Below, piece by piece: positions 1-12,679 of a DNA stretch of 64,000 bases; positions within the stretch are counted from its first letter, which is position 1, and every line of letters begins with the position of its first letter. The position numbers and the translations under genes were made by a program. Below the pieces are notes generated by a model. It ran no database searches. It was given only the letters and a program-made list of their open reading frames with translations, and was not told the origin of the DNA. This stretch comes from Anaeramoeba ignava BMAN (lineage: Eukaryota; Protista; Anaeramoebae): positions 70,938 to 134,937 of the forward strand of contig JAPDFW010000134.1 of the NCBI GenBank assembly GCA_028826165.1, read 5' to 3'.

Positions 1-1960
1 CAAAATACAAATGAAAATTTAAATAATGAAGATGTTTTCATTTCTTTCATTTTATCTTGTTTTGATTTATTCACTTTTTATGAAGAAATTCCTTTTTTAA
101 AATCAATTTTCCAATTTTCACAAAATTTTTTTAATCAAGAAAAAAATGATAATAATATTCATTTAATTCTTCAAATTCTCAAAGAAATTATTCAAAAAAT
201 CTTTCATTATTCTTTGGATCCAATCAAAAAAATTCATTTTTTTATTCTTCAATTTGTTGATTTAATTCAAGAATTTTCTTTTAATGGAAAAACAAATATA
301 AATTTTTTAATAAATTTATTTCAAGTTTATTTAGATGAATTTAAAAAAACAAATACTTATTCAAAAGTAACAAATCAAATTAAAATCAAAATAAAATTAA
401 AATTTAATTTATAAAATTAAATTAAAATTCATTTATAAAATTAAATTAAAATTCATTTATAAAATTAAAATTAAAATTAAAATTAAAATTAAAATTAAAA
501 TTAAAATTAAAATTAAAATTAAAATTAAAATTAAAATTAAAATTAAAATTAAAATTAAAATTAAAATTAAAATTAAAATTAAAATTAAAATTCATTTATA
601 AAATTAAAATAAAATTAAAATTAAAATTAAAATTAAAAATAATTTAATTTCCTTTTATTAAAGAATTGGATTGTGTTCGCTAATCTTTTAATATCAGTTT
701 TTGCAAAAACAAATCATTTACAAATTACTCAATTAATTGACCAAGAATTTTTCCATTTATTTATCAAAGAAAATGAGAATAAAGAGTTAATTGATAAATC
801 AATTTATGAAAATTTAAATTATAGTCCAAATATGCTTATTAATAATAAAAGCGAGTTTTATTATTTTGCTGATTTAAAAAGACTCAATCAAGTCACAAGA
901 ATTATTATAAAATCATTAGAAAATGAATCTTTTAATTTAAAGTAATTCAGAAAAAATAACAAAATATTTCTTTCTTTTTTTTTAACAAAATATTTTCTTT
1001 ATTCTATCAAAAAAAAGAATTGATTCTAATAATTTGAGTAGGATATTTCCAGTTATGAATAGATTTCTTATTTTTCTTCTTAACAATAATCCTTCTGATC
1101 AATTTTTTCATTTCAAAAAAATTCGAAGAAAAAAGAAACCATTAATATTTGAAGTTATTGATTTAGAAAAACCAAAAAATTTAACTGAAAATTCAAATCA
1201 AAATTCAAATCAAAATTTAACTGAAAATTTAACTGAAAATTCAAATCAAAATTCAAATCAAAATTCAAATCAAAATTCAAATCAAAATTTAACTGAAAAT
1301 TCAAATCAAAATTCAAATCAAAATTCAAATCAAAATTTAACTGAAAATTTAACTGAAAATTCAAATCAAAATTCAAATCAAAATTCAAATCAAAATTCAA
1401 ATCAAAATTTAACTGAAAATTTAAATCAAAATTCAAATCAAAATTTAAATCAAAATTTAAATAAGAAAAAGAAAAAGAAAAAGAAAAAGAGAAGACAAAA
1501 TCAAAACAAAAATCAAAACAAAAATCAAAACAAAAATCAAAACAAAAATCAAAACAAAAATCAAAACAAAAATCAAAACAAAAATCAAAACAAAAATCAA
1601 AACAAAAATCAAAACAAAAATGAAACAGAAAAAAGTAAAAAAGTTCTTTTTGCTTTAGATCGAAATGAATTATTTTGTAATTTTCTTCATTTAAAATATT
1701 TTTAATTTTAAATTATTTTAAATTATTTTAAATTATAAAATTTAGATCAAGATTCTCCTCCTAAATCTTATCCTTTTTCAGAATTTAAAAAACCAATTAT
1801 TCCAGTTTTAAGGAATAAAAATGCAAAAATTTATATCAAAAAAAGTTTTTTAAAAAGATTAAATAACTTGAATAGACAAAAAACACAAAGAAGAAAAAGA
1901 AGAAAATTAAAAAAGATAAAAAAACCTTTTTTCAGAATGACTTTAAGAAGTTTTAAATAA
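1..1960 (+). CDS. RRP1/Nop52-like nucleolar protein, 5'-truncated by window edge (exons <1-366, 664-941, 1018-~1676, ~1746-1960)
   Basis: Frame is open from base 1 and GT-AG introns join in frame. 'FQVYLDEFKK...LISVFAKTNHLQITQLIDQEFF' resembles the end of the Nop52 domain. C-terminal 'KKVLFALDRN' resembles the RRP1B KKVTF motif. Basic tail and NQ runs. Confidence 0.5.
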
Positions 1961-2059
1961 AACTTTTAATAGAAATTTTTAAAAAATGATTTTTCAATTT
2001 TTCATTTTTTTCATTTTTTTTTTCTTTAAACAAGAAATTTATAAATTTTATATTTAAAA

Positions 2060-2569
2060 ATGCAAAAATACGAGACAATGCTTGTTCGTGTCATGTCAGT
2101 TGATGAACTTACAAATACAAATTCAAATATAAATACAAATTCAAATACAAATTCAAATATAAATACAAATTCAAATATAAATACAAATACAAATTCAAAT
2201 ACAAATATAGATTTAAATATAGATTCAAATTCAAATTCAAATATAAATTCAAATTCAAATTCAAATTCAAATTTAACAGAAAGTATTTTAACAGTTATAA
2301 AAGAAATTGAAGAAGATATTCATAATTTTGAAGAAGGAATTTATCAAGAAAAACTTCTTAATTATTTTCTTGAAAAATTATCAGAAATTGTTTGCTCTTT
2401 ATTAAAAGAATATTTCCAAAGCGAAATTGCTCAAGAAATTAATTCTTTTTTTCAAGTTTGTCTTCGTTTTTGTTCAACTAAAATTGAAGAAGAAAATTTT
2501 TTTGCTTTGAAAATAATTTCATCAATTCTTCATTTAAAAAAAGATTATAAATTTTATGAAAATTTTTAA
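2060..2569 (+). CDS. Hypothetical 169-aa protein: N-rich low-complexity region plus a short helical domain
   Basis: Intact ORF with aaaaATG context and upstream TCATTTT motifs. No family recognised with confidence. Confidence 0.55.
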   Translation: MQKYETMLVRVMSVDELTNTNSNINTNSNTNSNINTNSNINTNTNSNTNIDLNIDSNSNSNINSNSNSNSNLTESILTVIKEIEEDIHNFEEGIYQEKLLNYFLEKLSEIVCSLLKEYFQSEIAQEINSFFQVCLRFCSTKIEEENFFALKIISSILHLKKDYKFYENF

Positions 2570-2652
2570 AAAGAAAAAATAATTTTGTTTTTTGTTTTTT
2601 AATGAATTATGAAAAGAAAAGGAAAATAAAAGAGGAAATAAATTTTTCTTTT

Positions 2653-5600
2653 TTAAATTTTTGAAAAATTTCTTGAATTTGGATTAAATTTTTCTGATGC
2701 TTTTCGAAGATCATTTAATGCAGAAAACATAAGTCGATCTTTGTGAGAAATTTCTTTTGAAAGTCTTCCAATTTCTTTTTCTTGAATTTTACTAAAATAA
2801 TCTGAAATTGTATTATTTCTTATTTTCCCTCTAAATTTACTTAAATCAATAGCATTTCCAACATTTGGTTTGTTTTGATTTGTGGAAATAATATTTTCTT
2901 GAGGAATATTTTCACTTGTTCTTAATTGATTTAATTGATTCATTCTTTCTTCTGAAATTTCTTGTAATTTTAGTTGTAATTGTTTGTTAATTCGAATAAA
3001 TTCATTTAATTTGTTAAGAATAAATTGGTATTTGTTTCCATCATTTTCTTTCATCATTTGCGATGCAATTTCCAGTTTTTGTTCTGCTAATTTTAATGCT
3101 ACATTTCCTTCATCTTCTTTTTGTTTCATTTTTTCTTCATTGAATTGAATTTCCTTTTTTAAGCCTGAATTTTCTAAATTTAAATCTCGACATTTTTGTT
3201 GTTCTTGAAATAATTGGTCTTTATAAGTCGCGCAATTACTTTTAAGCTGTTGGTTTTCTTGCATACATTTTTGTATGTCTTTTTTGAATTGTTGATTTTC
3301 AAGTTCGGAATTATAAATTTGGTTTTTGAGTCTTTGAATTTCTTGATTTTGATTTTGATTTTCAAATGGATTTTGATTTTGAATTTGAATTTGAATTTCT
3401 TTGACTTGATTTATTAAATATTCATTTTCAATTTCTTTATCTCTTAATTCATTTAATAAATTTTGTTTTTCTTTTTCTTTTTCTCTTAATTCATTTAATA
3501 AATTGTCTTTTTCTTTTTCTTGCTGAATTGGATATGTTCTGTTATATTCATTTGGTTCATCATCAATAAAGTTTCGATTAATTAAATATCTGTTTCCAAC
3601 TTTTTGATGGATTCTTATTCTTTCATTTGGATTTTGAACTTTTTGCGAAGATAATAATTGTTCGTTTCTAAATTGTTTAATTTCTGAATCAAGTTGATGA
3701 GATTTTGTAAGAATTTCTTGTTCTTTTTGAATTGATTCATCCAATTTATCTTGGGTTTGGTTTCTTAATTCCTGCATAAAGCTTAATTGTTTATCGATTT
3801 CTAATTTCAATTCCTTGTTTTGTTGCAATAATTGAATCATTTTTTCAATATCACTTTCAAGATCTTTTTTCATTTGTTCAATTGAATCAACCAATTCTTG
3901 ATCATCTTTGCCATGAATTCCTTTTCTAAGATTATTCATGAGTCGATCCTCTGAAGAGATTGCAAATGGAGTTTTTCTTTTTGTGTGTGAAAATAAAACA
4001 TTTCCTTCATTTTCGGTTTCTTTTCTTAAATCATCCATTTTTTGCAATAAATGAGAATTTCCAGTGTTTTGATTATCAAATTCAGATGGTGAGTTTTGAT
4101 TTGGAAATTGGAATCGTTTTCTCATCAACTGATTTTTGGCTTGTTTTAATTTGGATGAAATTTCTTTGAGTTCTTCAGTAATTCCTTTCAGTTCGTCTTC
4201 AAGTGATTGTTTTTGATTTAATAAATTGTGGATATTTCTTGCTTCCTTTGAAACAAGTTCCAGTTCTTCAAGCTCTTTTTCTTTTAGCATTACTTTTTGT
4301 TCAAGATCTTTGATTTTATCCAAAAGATCTTGCAATTCCTTTTCACAATTAAATGCTTCTTTTTGCAAGATATTTAAGTTGCTTGCTGTATCTTCAATTT
4401 GTTTTTGTTTTTCTTCCAATTCATTTTGTTTGATTTTTAACGCCTTTTTCAATTTTCGAAGTTGATTTGATTTTTGGTGGATTATTTGATCCAATTCTTG
4501 TAAATGAGCGTTTTTCTTTTGAATGTCTTCATCAAGTTCTGAATATTCGAGTGCTTTTTGCTGATTTTCTTGCTGTTGTTTTTGGTTCATAATTTCTTGT
4601 TGAAGCTTTCTCAATCTCATCTTTTTCTGTTTGATTTTTTCGCGATTTTGCTGTAATTCTTTTTGAGCAGACAAAAGACCTTGTCTGAGGTTTTCATACT
4701 GCTCTTTTTCCTTTTTAAGATTTTGTCTTTCCATTTCAAGTTCTTTGTAATTCAAAAGTTGTTGGTTTAATTCATTGATTTGGCTTTCCTTTAATAATAA
4801 TTGTTGTTCCAAATACTTTTCTGTTTGAGTAATTTGGTTTTTCTTTTCAAAACTTTGCTTTTTCTGTTCATCTTTGTTTTTTTGAGATTCCAATAATTTA
4901 ATTTCGTGAAGAAGTTGTTCCATTTCCGATTGTTTTGAAAGTATTCCGTCTTTTAATACTTCAAGTAGAGATGATGGAGATAAATGTTGCAAATCATCTG
5001 AATCTTCTTGATATAAATTCAATTGATTTTCAATTGATCTTGCCTTTTCATCCAATTGCATTTTTTCTTGATTAAGTTTTTTATTTTCCGTTTCTAATTG
5101 CAAATTCTTTGATTTTAAGTTTCCGAGTTTATGTTTTTGGTCTTGCAATTTTTGGGCTTTTTCTTGTTCTGTTTTTTCTAAATTTGATGTGAAATTATTA
5201 AGATCTTGTTTGATTCTCCTATTTTCAGATTCCAAATCTTTGATTTTTTGAGTTAATTCTGAAGTTGCTTTTTGTTTTTGCTCCGAAACAAGAAGATATT
5301 TTGTTTCAGTAGTAGTTGATTTGTCAATAAGAATTTTATGTTCTTTTTGTTTCTGTTTTGAATCAATTAATTTTGATTGTTGGATCAATGATTCGTTTTC
5401 TTTTTCAAGAAGTTGCTGTTTTTGAACCAAGTTTTGAATTTGATTGTCTTTTACACCGAGTAATTTATCTTTTTGTTTGATTGCATTTTCCATTTCCATA
5501 ATTTGTTGTTGAATTTGAGTTGGTTTTGATTTTCCCGAAACTTCTTTTTGTGATTTATTCATTTGATCGGGATTTTCTTTTTCAAGTTCAGATTCATTTG

Positions 5601-8600
5601 AGTGAATTAAACTTCGTTGTTTTTTTGTTTCTGCTTCAGTTTCTTGTTTTTCTTTTTGTGAAAATTGCTTTTCCTTTTGAAGAAGAATCATCTCCTCTTG
5701 AATATTTTCTTCTTGTTCTTTGACTTGGTTCAGTTTATTTTGTAAATGTTCCATAATTAATTGTGGATTTTGATTGGAAAGTTCTTCTAATTGTTTGGAT
5801 TCAATAAGATTTGAAACGATTGGTTTTAATTTTTCCAAATCCAAATTATTTGGAGCATTTTCTCTTCCCAGACGCTGTTTTTTCTCTTGAATTTGCTCTT
5901 TTGAATCGATAAAATTTGTTTTTTCTTGTTCCAATTTTTGCAAATTTGATTCCATTGATCTTAATTCCTTTTTCAGTTGAATTTTTTCCAATTTGATTTT
6001 TGCCATTGCTGTTTTTGAATCATCTTTTTGAAGATCAGGATTAGGTTGTTCCAAATAATTTAAACGGTTTTTTTTCTCTTGAATTTGGTCTTTTAATTTT
6101 GTTAAATCTTGTTCCAATTTTGTTCTTTGTGGATCAAGTTGTTCGAATTCGGATGTTTTATTTTGCAATTCTTGTTGTTTTTCTGGATTTGAATCATATT
6201 CTTTTTCCATCATTAAATTTTGGAATTCTTGGATTCCTTGTTCTAATTCTCTTCTTTTAAAATTAAGGGCTTGTTGTTGAGATTGAAGTTTTTGGATTTG
6301 ATTATTTTGATTTTCATCATCTTCTATAATTTGTCTTGGAATTTGTCTTCTTTGTTGTTCATCAATATTATCCATTGCTTTACGACCTTGAGGTTTTTTA
6401 TAATTTACACTTTCTGGATGTTCTGGTTGATAACTAAACACTGTTTTCGGACCCTAAATTAAAAATTCAATTAAAATTCATTTATAAAATTCAATTAAAA
6501 TTAATTTATAATTAAAATTCATTTATAAAATTTAATTAAAATTCAATTAAAATTCATTTATAAAATTTAATTAAAATTAATTTATAAAATTTAATTAAAA
6601 TTAATTTATAAAATTTAATTAAAATTAATTTATAAAATTTAATTAAAATTAATTTATAAAATTAAATTAAAATTATTTTATAAAATTTAATTAAAATTAA
6701 TTTATAAAAAAATTAAATTTATTCAATTAAAATTAATTTATAAAATTTAATTAAAATTAATTCAATTAAAATTAATTTATAAAATTAATTTATAAAATTT
6801 AATTAAAATTAATTTATAAAATTTAATTAAATTAAAATTTAATTAAAATTCATTTATAAAATTTAATATAAAATTCATTTATAAAATTTAATTAAAATTA
6901 ATTTATAAAATTTAATTAAAATTCATTTATAAAATTTAATTAAAATTCATTTATAAAATTTAATTAAAATTCATTTATAAAATTTAATTAAAATTCATTT
7001 ATAAAATTTAATTAAAATTAATTTATAAAATTAAATTAAAATTAATTTATAAAATTAAATTAAAATTAAAATTTAATTAAAATTAATTTATAAAATTCAA
7101 TTAAAATTCATTTATAAAATTTAATTAAAATTAATTTATAAAATTAAATTAAAATTCATTTATAAAATTTAATTAAAATTAATTTATAAAATTAAAATTA
7201 AAATTAAAATTAAAATTACATCAGATAAATTTTTCCATGTAAATGTTCCACCAGATTCATCCCAATCACCTTGAAATGATTGTTCAATTTTATAAAATTG
7301 TAATTCTTCTTGAACTGCTTGTAATAATTCTGTTGTTTGTCTACTTTTTTGTTGTTCTTTAATAAGTTCTCTTGATTTAATTTCTAGTTGATCATGATAT
7401 TTATTTCTTTGTTTAGAAGCTTTTTCATATTTTTCTTGTATTGAATTTAATTCTTCTTGTGTTCTTCTTAAAGTTTCATTTAAACTTGCATTTTGTTTTT
7501 TTAATCGTAAATTTTCAGATTTTGTATTTTTAAGTTCATCTTCTAAACTAGTTATTTCTTCTTGTTTAAATCTTTGATTTGCTTTTGTTCTTGCTTCTTC
7601 ATTAATAATTTCTCCATCTAATTCTTTCAGATTTGGTAAATGAAAAATGATAAAATCTTTATAATGATCTAATTGAGATATTGGATTATCATTGAGTGTA
7701 AGAGAAGATAAATTTGGGAGATCTTTTAAAAAGGTAATATCTTTTAACTTTTTGAATTTGAATTTTAATTTTGAATTTTAATTTTAATTTTTAATTTTGA
7801 TTTTAATTTTGATTTTGGTTTTTATTTTAATTTTGATTTTGATTTTTATTTTAATTTTAATTTTGATTTTAATTTTGATTTTGATTTTGATTTCAATTTT
7901 GATTTCAATTTTGATTTCAATTTTGATTTTAATTTTGATTTTGATTTTGATTTTGATTTTGATTTTAATATTAATTTTGATTTTAATTTTAATTTTAATT
8001 TTCATTTTAATTTTGATTTAGATTTTCATTTTGATTTTGATTTTGATTTTAATTTTGATTTTAATTTTTTATTTTTATTTTTGATTTTAATTTAAATTTT
8101 GATTTTGATTTTGATTTTGATTTTGATTTTAATTTTGATTTTGATTTTGATTTTAATTTTGATTTTAATTTTGATTTTTGAATTTAAATTTTGATTTTGA
8201 TTTGATTTTGATTTTGATTTTGATTTTGATTTTAATTTTGATTTTAATTTTGATTTTGATTTTGATTTTGATTTTGATTTTGATTTTAATTTTGATTTTT
8301 TGATTTTGATTTTTAATTTTTGATTTTTGATTTTGATTTTGATTTTGATTTTGAATTTAAATTTTGATTTTAATTTTGATTTTAATTTTAATTTTAATTT
8401 TAATTTTAATTTTAATTTTGATTTTAATTTTGATTTTGAATTTAAATTTTGAATTTTAATTTTGATTTCGATTTTGATTTTGATTTTAATTTGAATTTTT
8501 AATTTGATTTTGAATTTTACTTTGGAAATGTTATTATGATCTAAATATAATCTTATAAGAGAAATTAAATTTTTTATTAAAGAAGGAATTCTTGCTATTT

Positions 8601-9305
8601 TATTTTCTGATAAATTTAATTCTTCTAATTGTTTTAAATGTTCAATATTTTCAATCCTTAAAATTTGATTTTGATTTAAATCTAGTTTTTTAAGTTTTAA
8701 TAAAGAATTAAATCCTTGAATTTTTTGAATAGTATTCCCACTAAGAATTAATTCTTGTAAATTTTTCAAATTATCTAATTTGTCAATTTTCTATTTTAAT
8801 TTTAATTTTAATTTTTAAATTTTAATTTTTAATTTTAAAATGAATTTTTAATTAATTACTTGAATTTGCCCTTCTTTATCTTTATTTAAATGAAGGTTTA
8901 ATTTTAAAATCTTTAGAAAATTATCTTCTTGAGCTTTTTGTTTGATTAAATCTTCAGTAAGATAACAAGTAAAAGAAGAACTTTCAACACTTAAAACGTT
9001 AAAAAAAAAAAATTTAAATTAAAATTTTTTAATTGAAATTGTTTTTTAATTTATTTTTACTTTATTTTTTTAGGAATTGTTGATTTTGGTTTTTTTATTT
9101 GAGTTTTTGATTGATTTGAATTTGGATTTGGGTTTTTTTTAACTAATTTTTTTGATCTTTGACCTGTTGTTTTTGTTTGTTTATTTGGACTTATTGATTT
9201 TTTTTTAATTGGTGTATTTTTATTGCTATTTGAATTTGGATTTAAATTTTTAATTGATTTTTTTGGTTCTCTTAAACCTTTTTGAGAGTTTTGATTATTT
9301 GACAT
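2653..9305 (-). CDS. CNTRL: Centriolin (CEP110)-like LRR plus long coiled-coil protein, ~1657 aa (exons 9305-9061, 8989-8860, 8790-8521, 7747-7220, 6453-2653)
   Basis: Five exons join in frame via GT-AG introns. 'YLTEDLIKQKAQEDNFLKILKLNLHLNKD', SDS22-type LRRs, LRR cap 'NPISQLDHYKDFIIFHLPNLKELDG' and 'EELQFYKIE' parallel the centriolin N-terminus. More than 1200 aa of coiled coil follow. Confidence 0.75.
6454..7219. repeat. Intron filled by a ~24-bp minisatellite (AAAATTTAATTAAAATTCATTTAT)n
   Basis: Repeat spans nearly the whole intron 4 of the centriolin-like gene. Confidence 0.9.
7748..8520. repeat. Intron filled by hexamer (ATTTTG/ATTTTA)n
   Basis: Source of the spurious KI/IL ORFs. Confidence 0.9.
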
Positions 9306-9413
9306 TTTTTTTAATTAAAAAAAAAAACAAAAATAAAAATAAAAAAAAGAAAAAAAATGATTTTTTGATTTTTCATTTTTTTTTTATTTTTTTTAATTTT
9401 TAAAAAAAGAGAA
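9306..9413. promoter_or_regulatory. 108-bp bidirectional promoter with an initiator-like TCATTTT on each strand
   Basis: Separates the ATGs of the divergent centriolin-like and kelch-BTB genes. A-tract half then T-tract half, with 'aaaatga' at ~9354-9360 and 'ttcattttt' at ~9372. Confidence 0.55.
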
Positions 9414-12391
9414 ATGCTTGGTAAATTTATTTTAAAATTAAAATTAAAATTAAAATCAAAATTAAAATCAAAATTAAAATTAAAATTCAAATTATAATTT
9501 AGATCTTGAATCAGAAAAAAAATGGAAATCAATTCAATTAACAAATATTAAAACTCCAACTCCTCGTTTTCGTCCAGCTCATGTTTTATATGAAAATAAA
9601 GTATGGATTCATGGAGGAAATTCAGTTAAAGATGAATTATGTGATGAATTATATGTTTATGATATTGGTTTGTGAAATAAATATTTTTTATTATTTATTT
9701 TAATCCAAAAATTCAATTTTTTTTTTGATTTATTCATTTATTTAAGAACTTGGAACTTGGCAAGAAGTAGATCAATGTGGTCAAGTTATTGGAAGACGTG
9801 CAGCTCATACAGCTGTTGTTTATGATGAATTTATGTGGGTTTTTGGAGGTAAAATAAAAATAAAAAATAAAAATTTTTATTTAAATTAAATTTCTTTTTT
9901 ATTTAAATCTCAATTAATTCAATTCTTAAATTTTTAGGAGAAACTGAAAGATATTATTCAAATAATGTTTTTAAATTTAGATTCAGTAAATTATTTTGAT
10001 TAAAATAATTTCAATTTTTTTTTTATAAAATTAAAAATTATCAAAATTTTCCTTTTTTCATAATATGATTAAATTTAGAAACTGGTGAATGGGAAGAAAT
10101 TAAAACAACAGGAGATAGTCCAAGACCACAAACTTATCATACTGCATGTGTTCATAAAGAGTATAAAATTAAAATATTTAAAATGAAAATTTAGATGGTT
10201 TGTTTTTTTATATTTAAATTTAGTCAAATGTATATATTTGGACCAACTTATTCTGAAGCTTTATTATTTGCACTTAATTTTCTTACTTTATCATGGAATA
10301 AAATTCAAATTGATTTAAATTTTCGAGGAATAGGAAGTAGTACTGCTGTTGTTTATGGAAATAGTATGTTTGTTTATGGAGGACTTGATGGAGGAACAGT
10401 TAATACATTTAACCGTTTTGATTTTGGTAGAAAAATTTTTAATCAATTTTAATCAATTTTCATTTATTTTTATTGAGAAATTAATTTTTGTTCTTGTTAT
10501 TGAAATTTTAGAAACAAATAAATTTGAAAAAGTTGTTGGAAATGAAAATGGAATTATTCCAGGAAAAAGAGAATCTCATTCTGCAAATAATAAATATGAT
10601 CAAATGGTTGTTTTTGGAGGAACTGAAAGAGGTGTTAGAACTTATGGAAATATTTATATTTATAATTATATTGATAATTATTGGGAAGAAATTTTTCCTA
10701 GAGAAGGAGTTACTCCAAGTCCAAGAGGTTAATTTCGAAATTCATTTAAAAATATTAAAATTCATTTTAAAAATTAAAATTCATTTAAAAATATTAAAAT
10801 TCATTTTAAAATCAAAATTAATTAAAAATATTAAAATTCATTTTAAAATCAAAATTAAAATCGGATAAAAATTAAAATTAAAATTAAAATTCATTTTAAA
10901 ATTATTAAAATTCATTTAAAAATATTAAAATTAAAATTAAAATTAAATTCATTTGAAAATTAAAATTAATATTAAAATTAATATTCATTTGAAAATTCAA
11001 ATTGAAATTAATTAAAATTAAAATTAAAATTAAAATTAAAATTAAAATTAAAATTAAAATTAAAAATTAAAATTAAAATTAAAATTAAAATTAAAATTAA
11101 AATTAAAATTAAAATTAAAATTAAAATCGGATAAAAAATTAAAATAGAAATTCATTTTGAAAATTAAAATTAATATTCATTTTGAAAATTAAAATTAAAA
11201 TTCATTTTGAAAATTAAAATTAAAATTCATTTTGAAAATTAAAATTAATATTCATTTTAAATTTTATAATTAAAAAAAGATGATCATTCTGCTGTTATCG
11301 CTGACTCAAAATTATTCGTTTTTTTTGGAGTTACTTCAAATACTACAGGAAAATCTGAATTCTCATTAAATTCACAAGCTTTTGAAGATGCATTTATTTA
11401 TCAATTTGAATATAATTTATATTCTGATATGGAAAATTTTTTCAAAAGACAAGAATTTTGTGATATGCAAATTGACACAATGGATTCAAAATTTATAGAA
11501 TTTCATCGTGATATTGTTTCTGCAAGATTTCTTCCAAATAAATTTAACGAAAAAAACTTCATTTTAATTCTCAAACTGGAAGATTATGACACAATTATAA
11601 GTTTAATGGAATATCTTTATTTCAATAAATTCGAATGCATTTATCAAGATAAGAATGAAAAATTACAAAAATTGGCAGAAAAACTTGAACTTAATGAATT
11701 AGTTAATCTTTGTAATGGAAGTTTGAATTTTGGAAAAACAAAATTGGGAACAGTTTTTGAAAAATTATATCAACAAAATGAAACAAAAGATTTTACAATT
11801 TTATGCCAAGAACATGAAATCAAAGCTCATAAAACAATATTGATAGCTAGAAGTGAATTATTTAGAGGAATGTTATTTTCATCAAATGATCAAAGCAATC
11901 AAGTTCAAGATATGAGCGGATCTGAACCTTTTGCTCTTGAACAATTCATTCATTTTTTATATACTGATGAAATCAAAGATGATTTACAACTTGATGTTTA
12001 TTTTTCACTTTTTGGAATTTCGGATTATTTTGGATTGTCAAATAACTTATTGGAATCAAAAATTGAAAAAATATTACTTAAGAAAATTGATAAACAAAAT
12101 ATTCAAGCTCTTTTAAATCATTCAGTGAAAGAAAACTTACTTGAACTTAAGGAATCTTGCTTTTTTTTCATTTTCAATAATAACTTAAAAAATAATTCAG
12201 TTATTAAAAATTTTTTCTCAAATGAACCTTTGATTCAAAAAGAATTTACAAATTATGTAAAAGAATATAAATTATGGTTTAATCAAAAAAAGAAGAAGAA
12301 AGAAGAAAGAGAAACAACACCTCCTTTAAATTTATTAAATCCAACAGATCCACCAAAAAAAAAGAAACCAAAAAATTGTCAAATTATGTGA
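9414..12391 (+). CDS. Kelch-repeat plus tandem BTB protein (LZTR1-like architecture) with polybasic CaaX tail
   Basis: 7-nt first coding exon (ATGCTTG|gt) followed by GT-AG-joined exons encoding kelch motifs (KVWIHGG, MWVFGG, MFVYGG, MVVFGG). Two BTB domains ('FHRDIVSAR', 'IKAHKTILIARSELFRGM'). Ends KKKKPKNCQIM. Confidence 0.85.
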
Positions 12392-12679
12392 AAAAAAAAA
12401 CAAAAGAAAAAAAAGAGGAATGAAAAAAAATTTTATTTTTCTTTTTTTAGGGAATTTTTTTACAATTAAATAAAAAAATAATAAAATAAAATTATTTGTA
12501 ATTTTAATAACAAAATTATTAATTATTATTTATTATTATGTAATTTTAAAAACAAAAATTATTAATTATTATTTATTATTATGTAATTGTAAAAAAAAAA
12601 TAAAAGCAAAAAAAAAATTAAAAAAATTTTTTTTTTCATTTTTCGTTTTATTAAAAAACAAAAACAAAAACAAAAACAA

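Noticed and set aside
460-640. (TTAAAA)n tracts as interstitial telomere repeats
   Set aside because: No G-rich strand. They occur in both orientations in many introns and intergenic gaps, so they are ordinary microsatellites.
2060-2569. Possible truncated N-terminus of a large USP deubiquitinase
   Set aside because: Only a vague resemblance, with no catalytic motifs or downstream exons.
7784-8520. KIKIKI / ILILIL ORFs (also 1155-1436, 39736-40110, 42561-42983, 46872-47258, 49768-50032)
   Set aside because: Stop-free readings of microsatellites in introns, or alternative and antisense frames of real exons.
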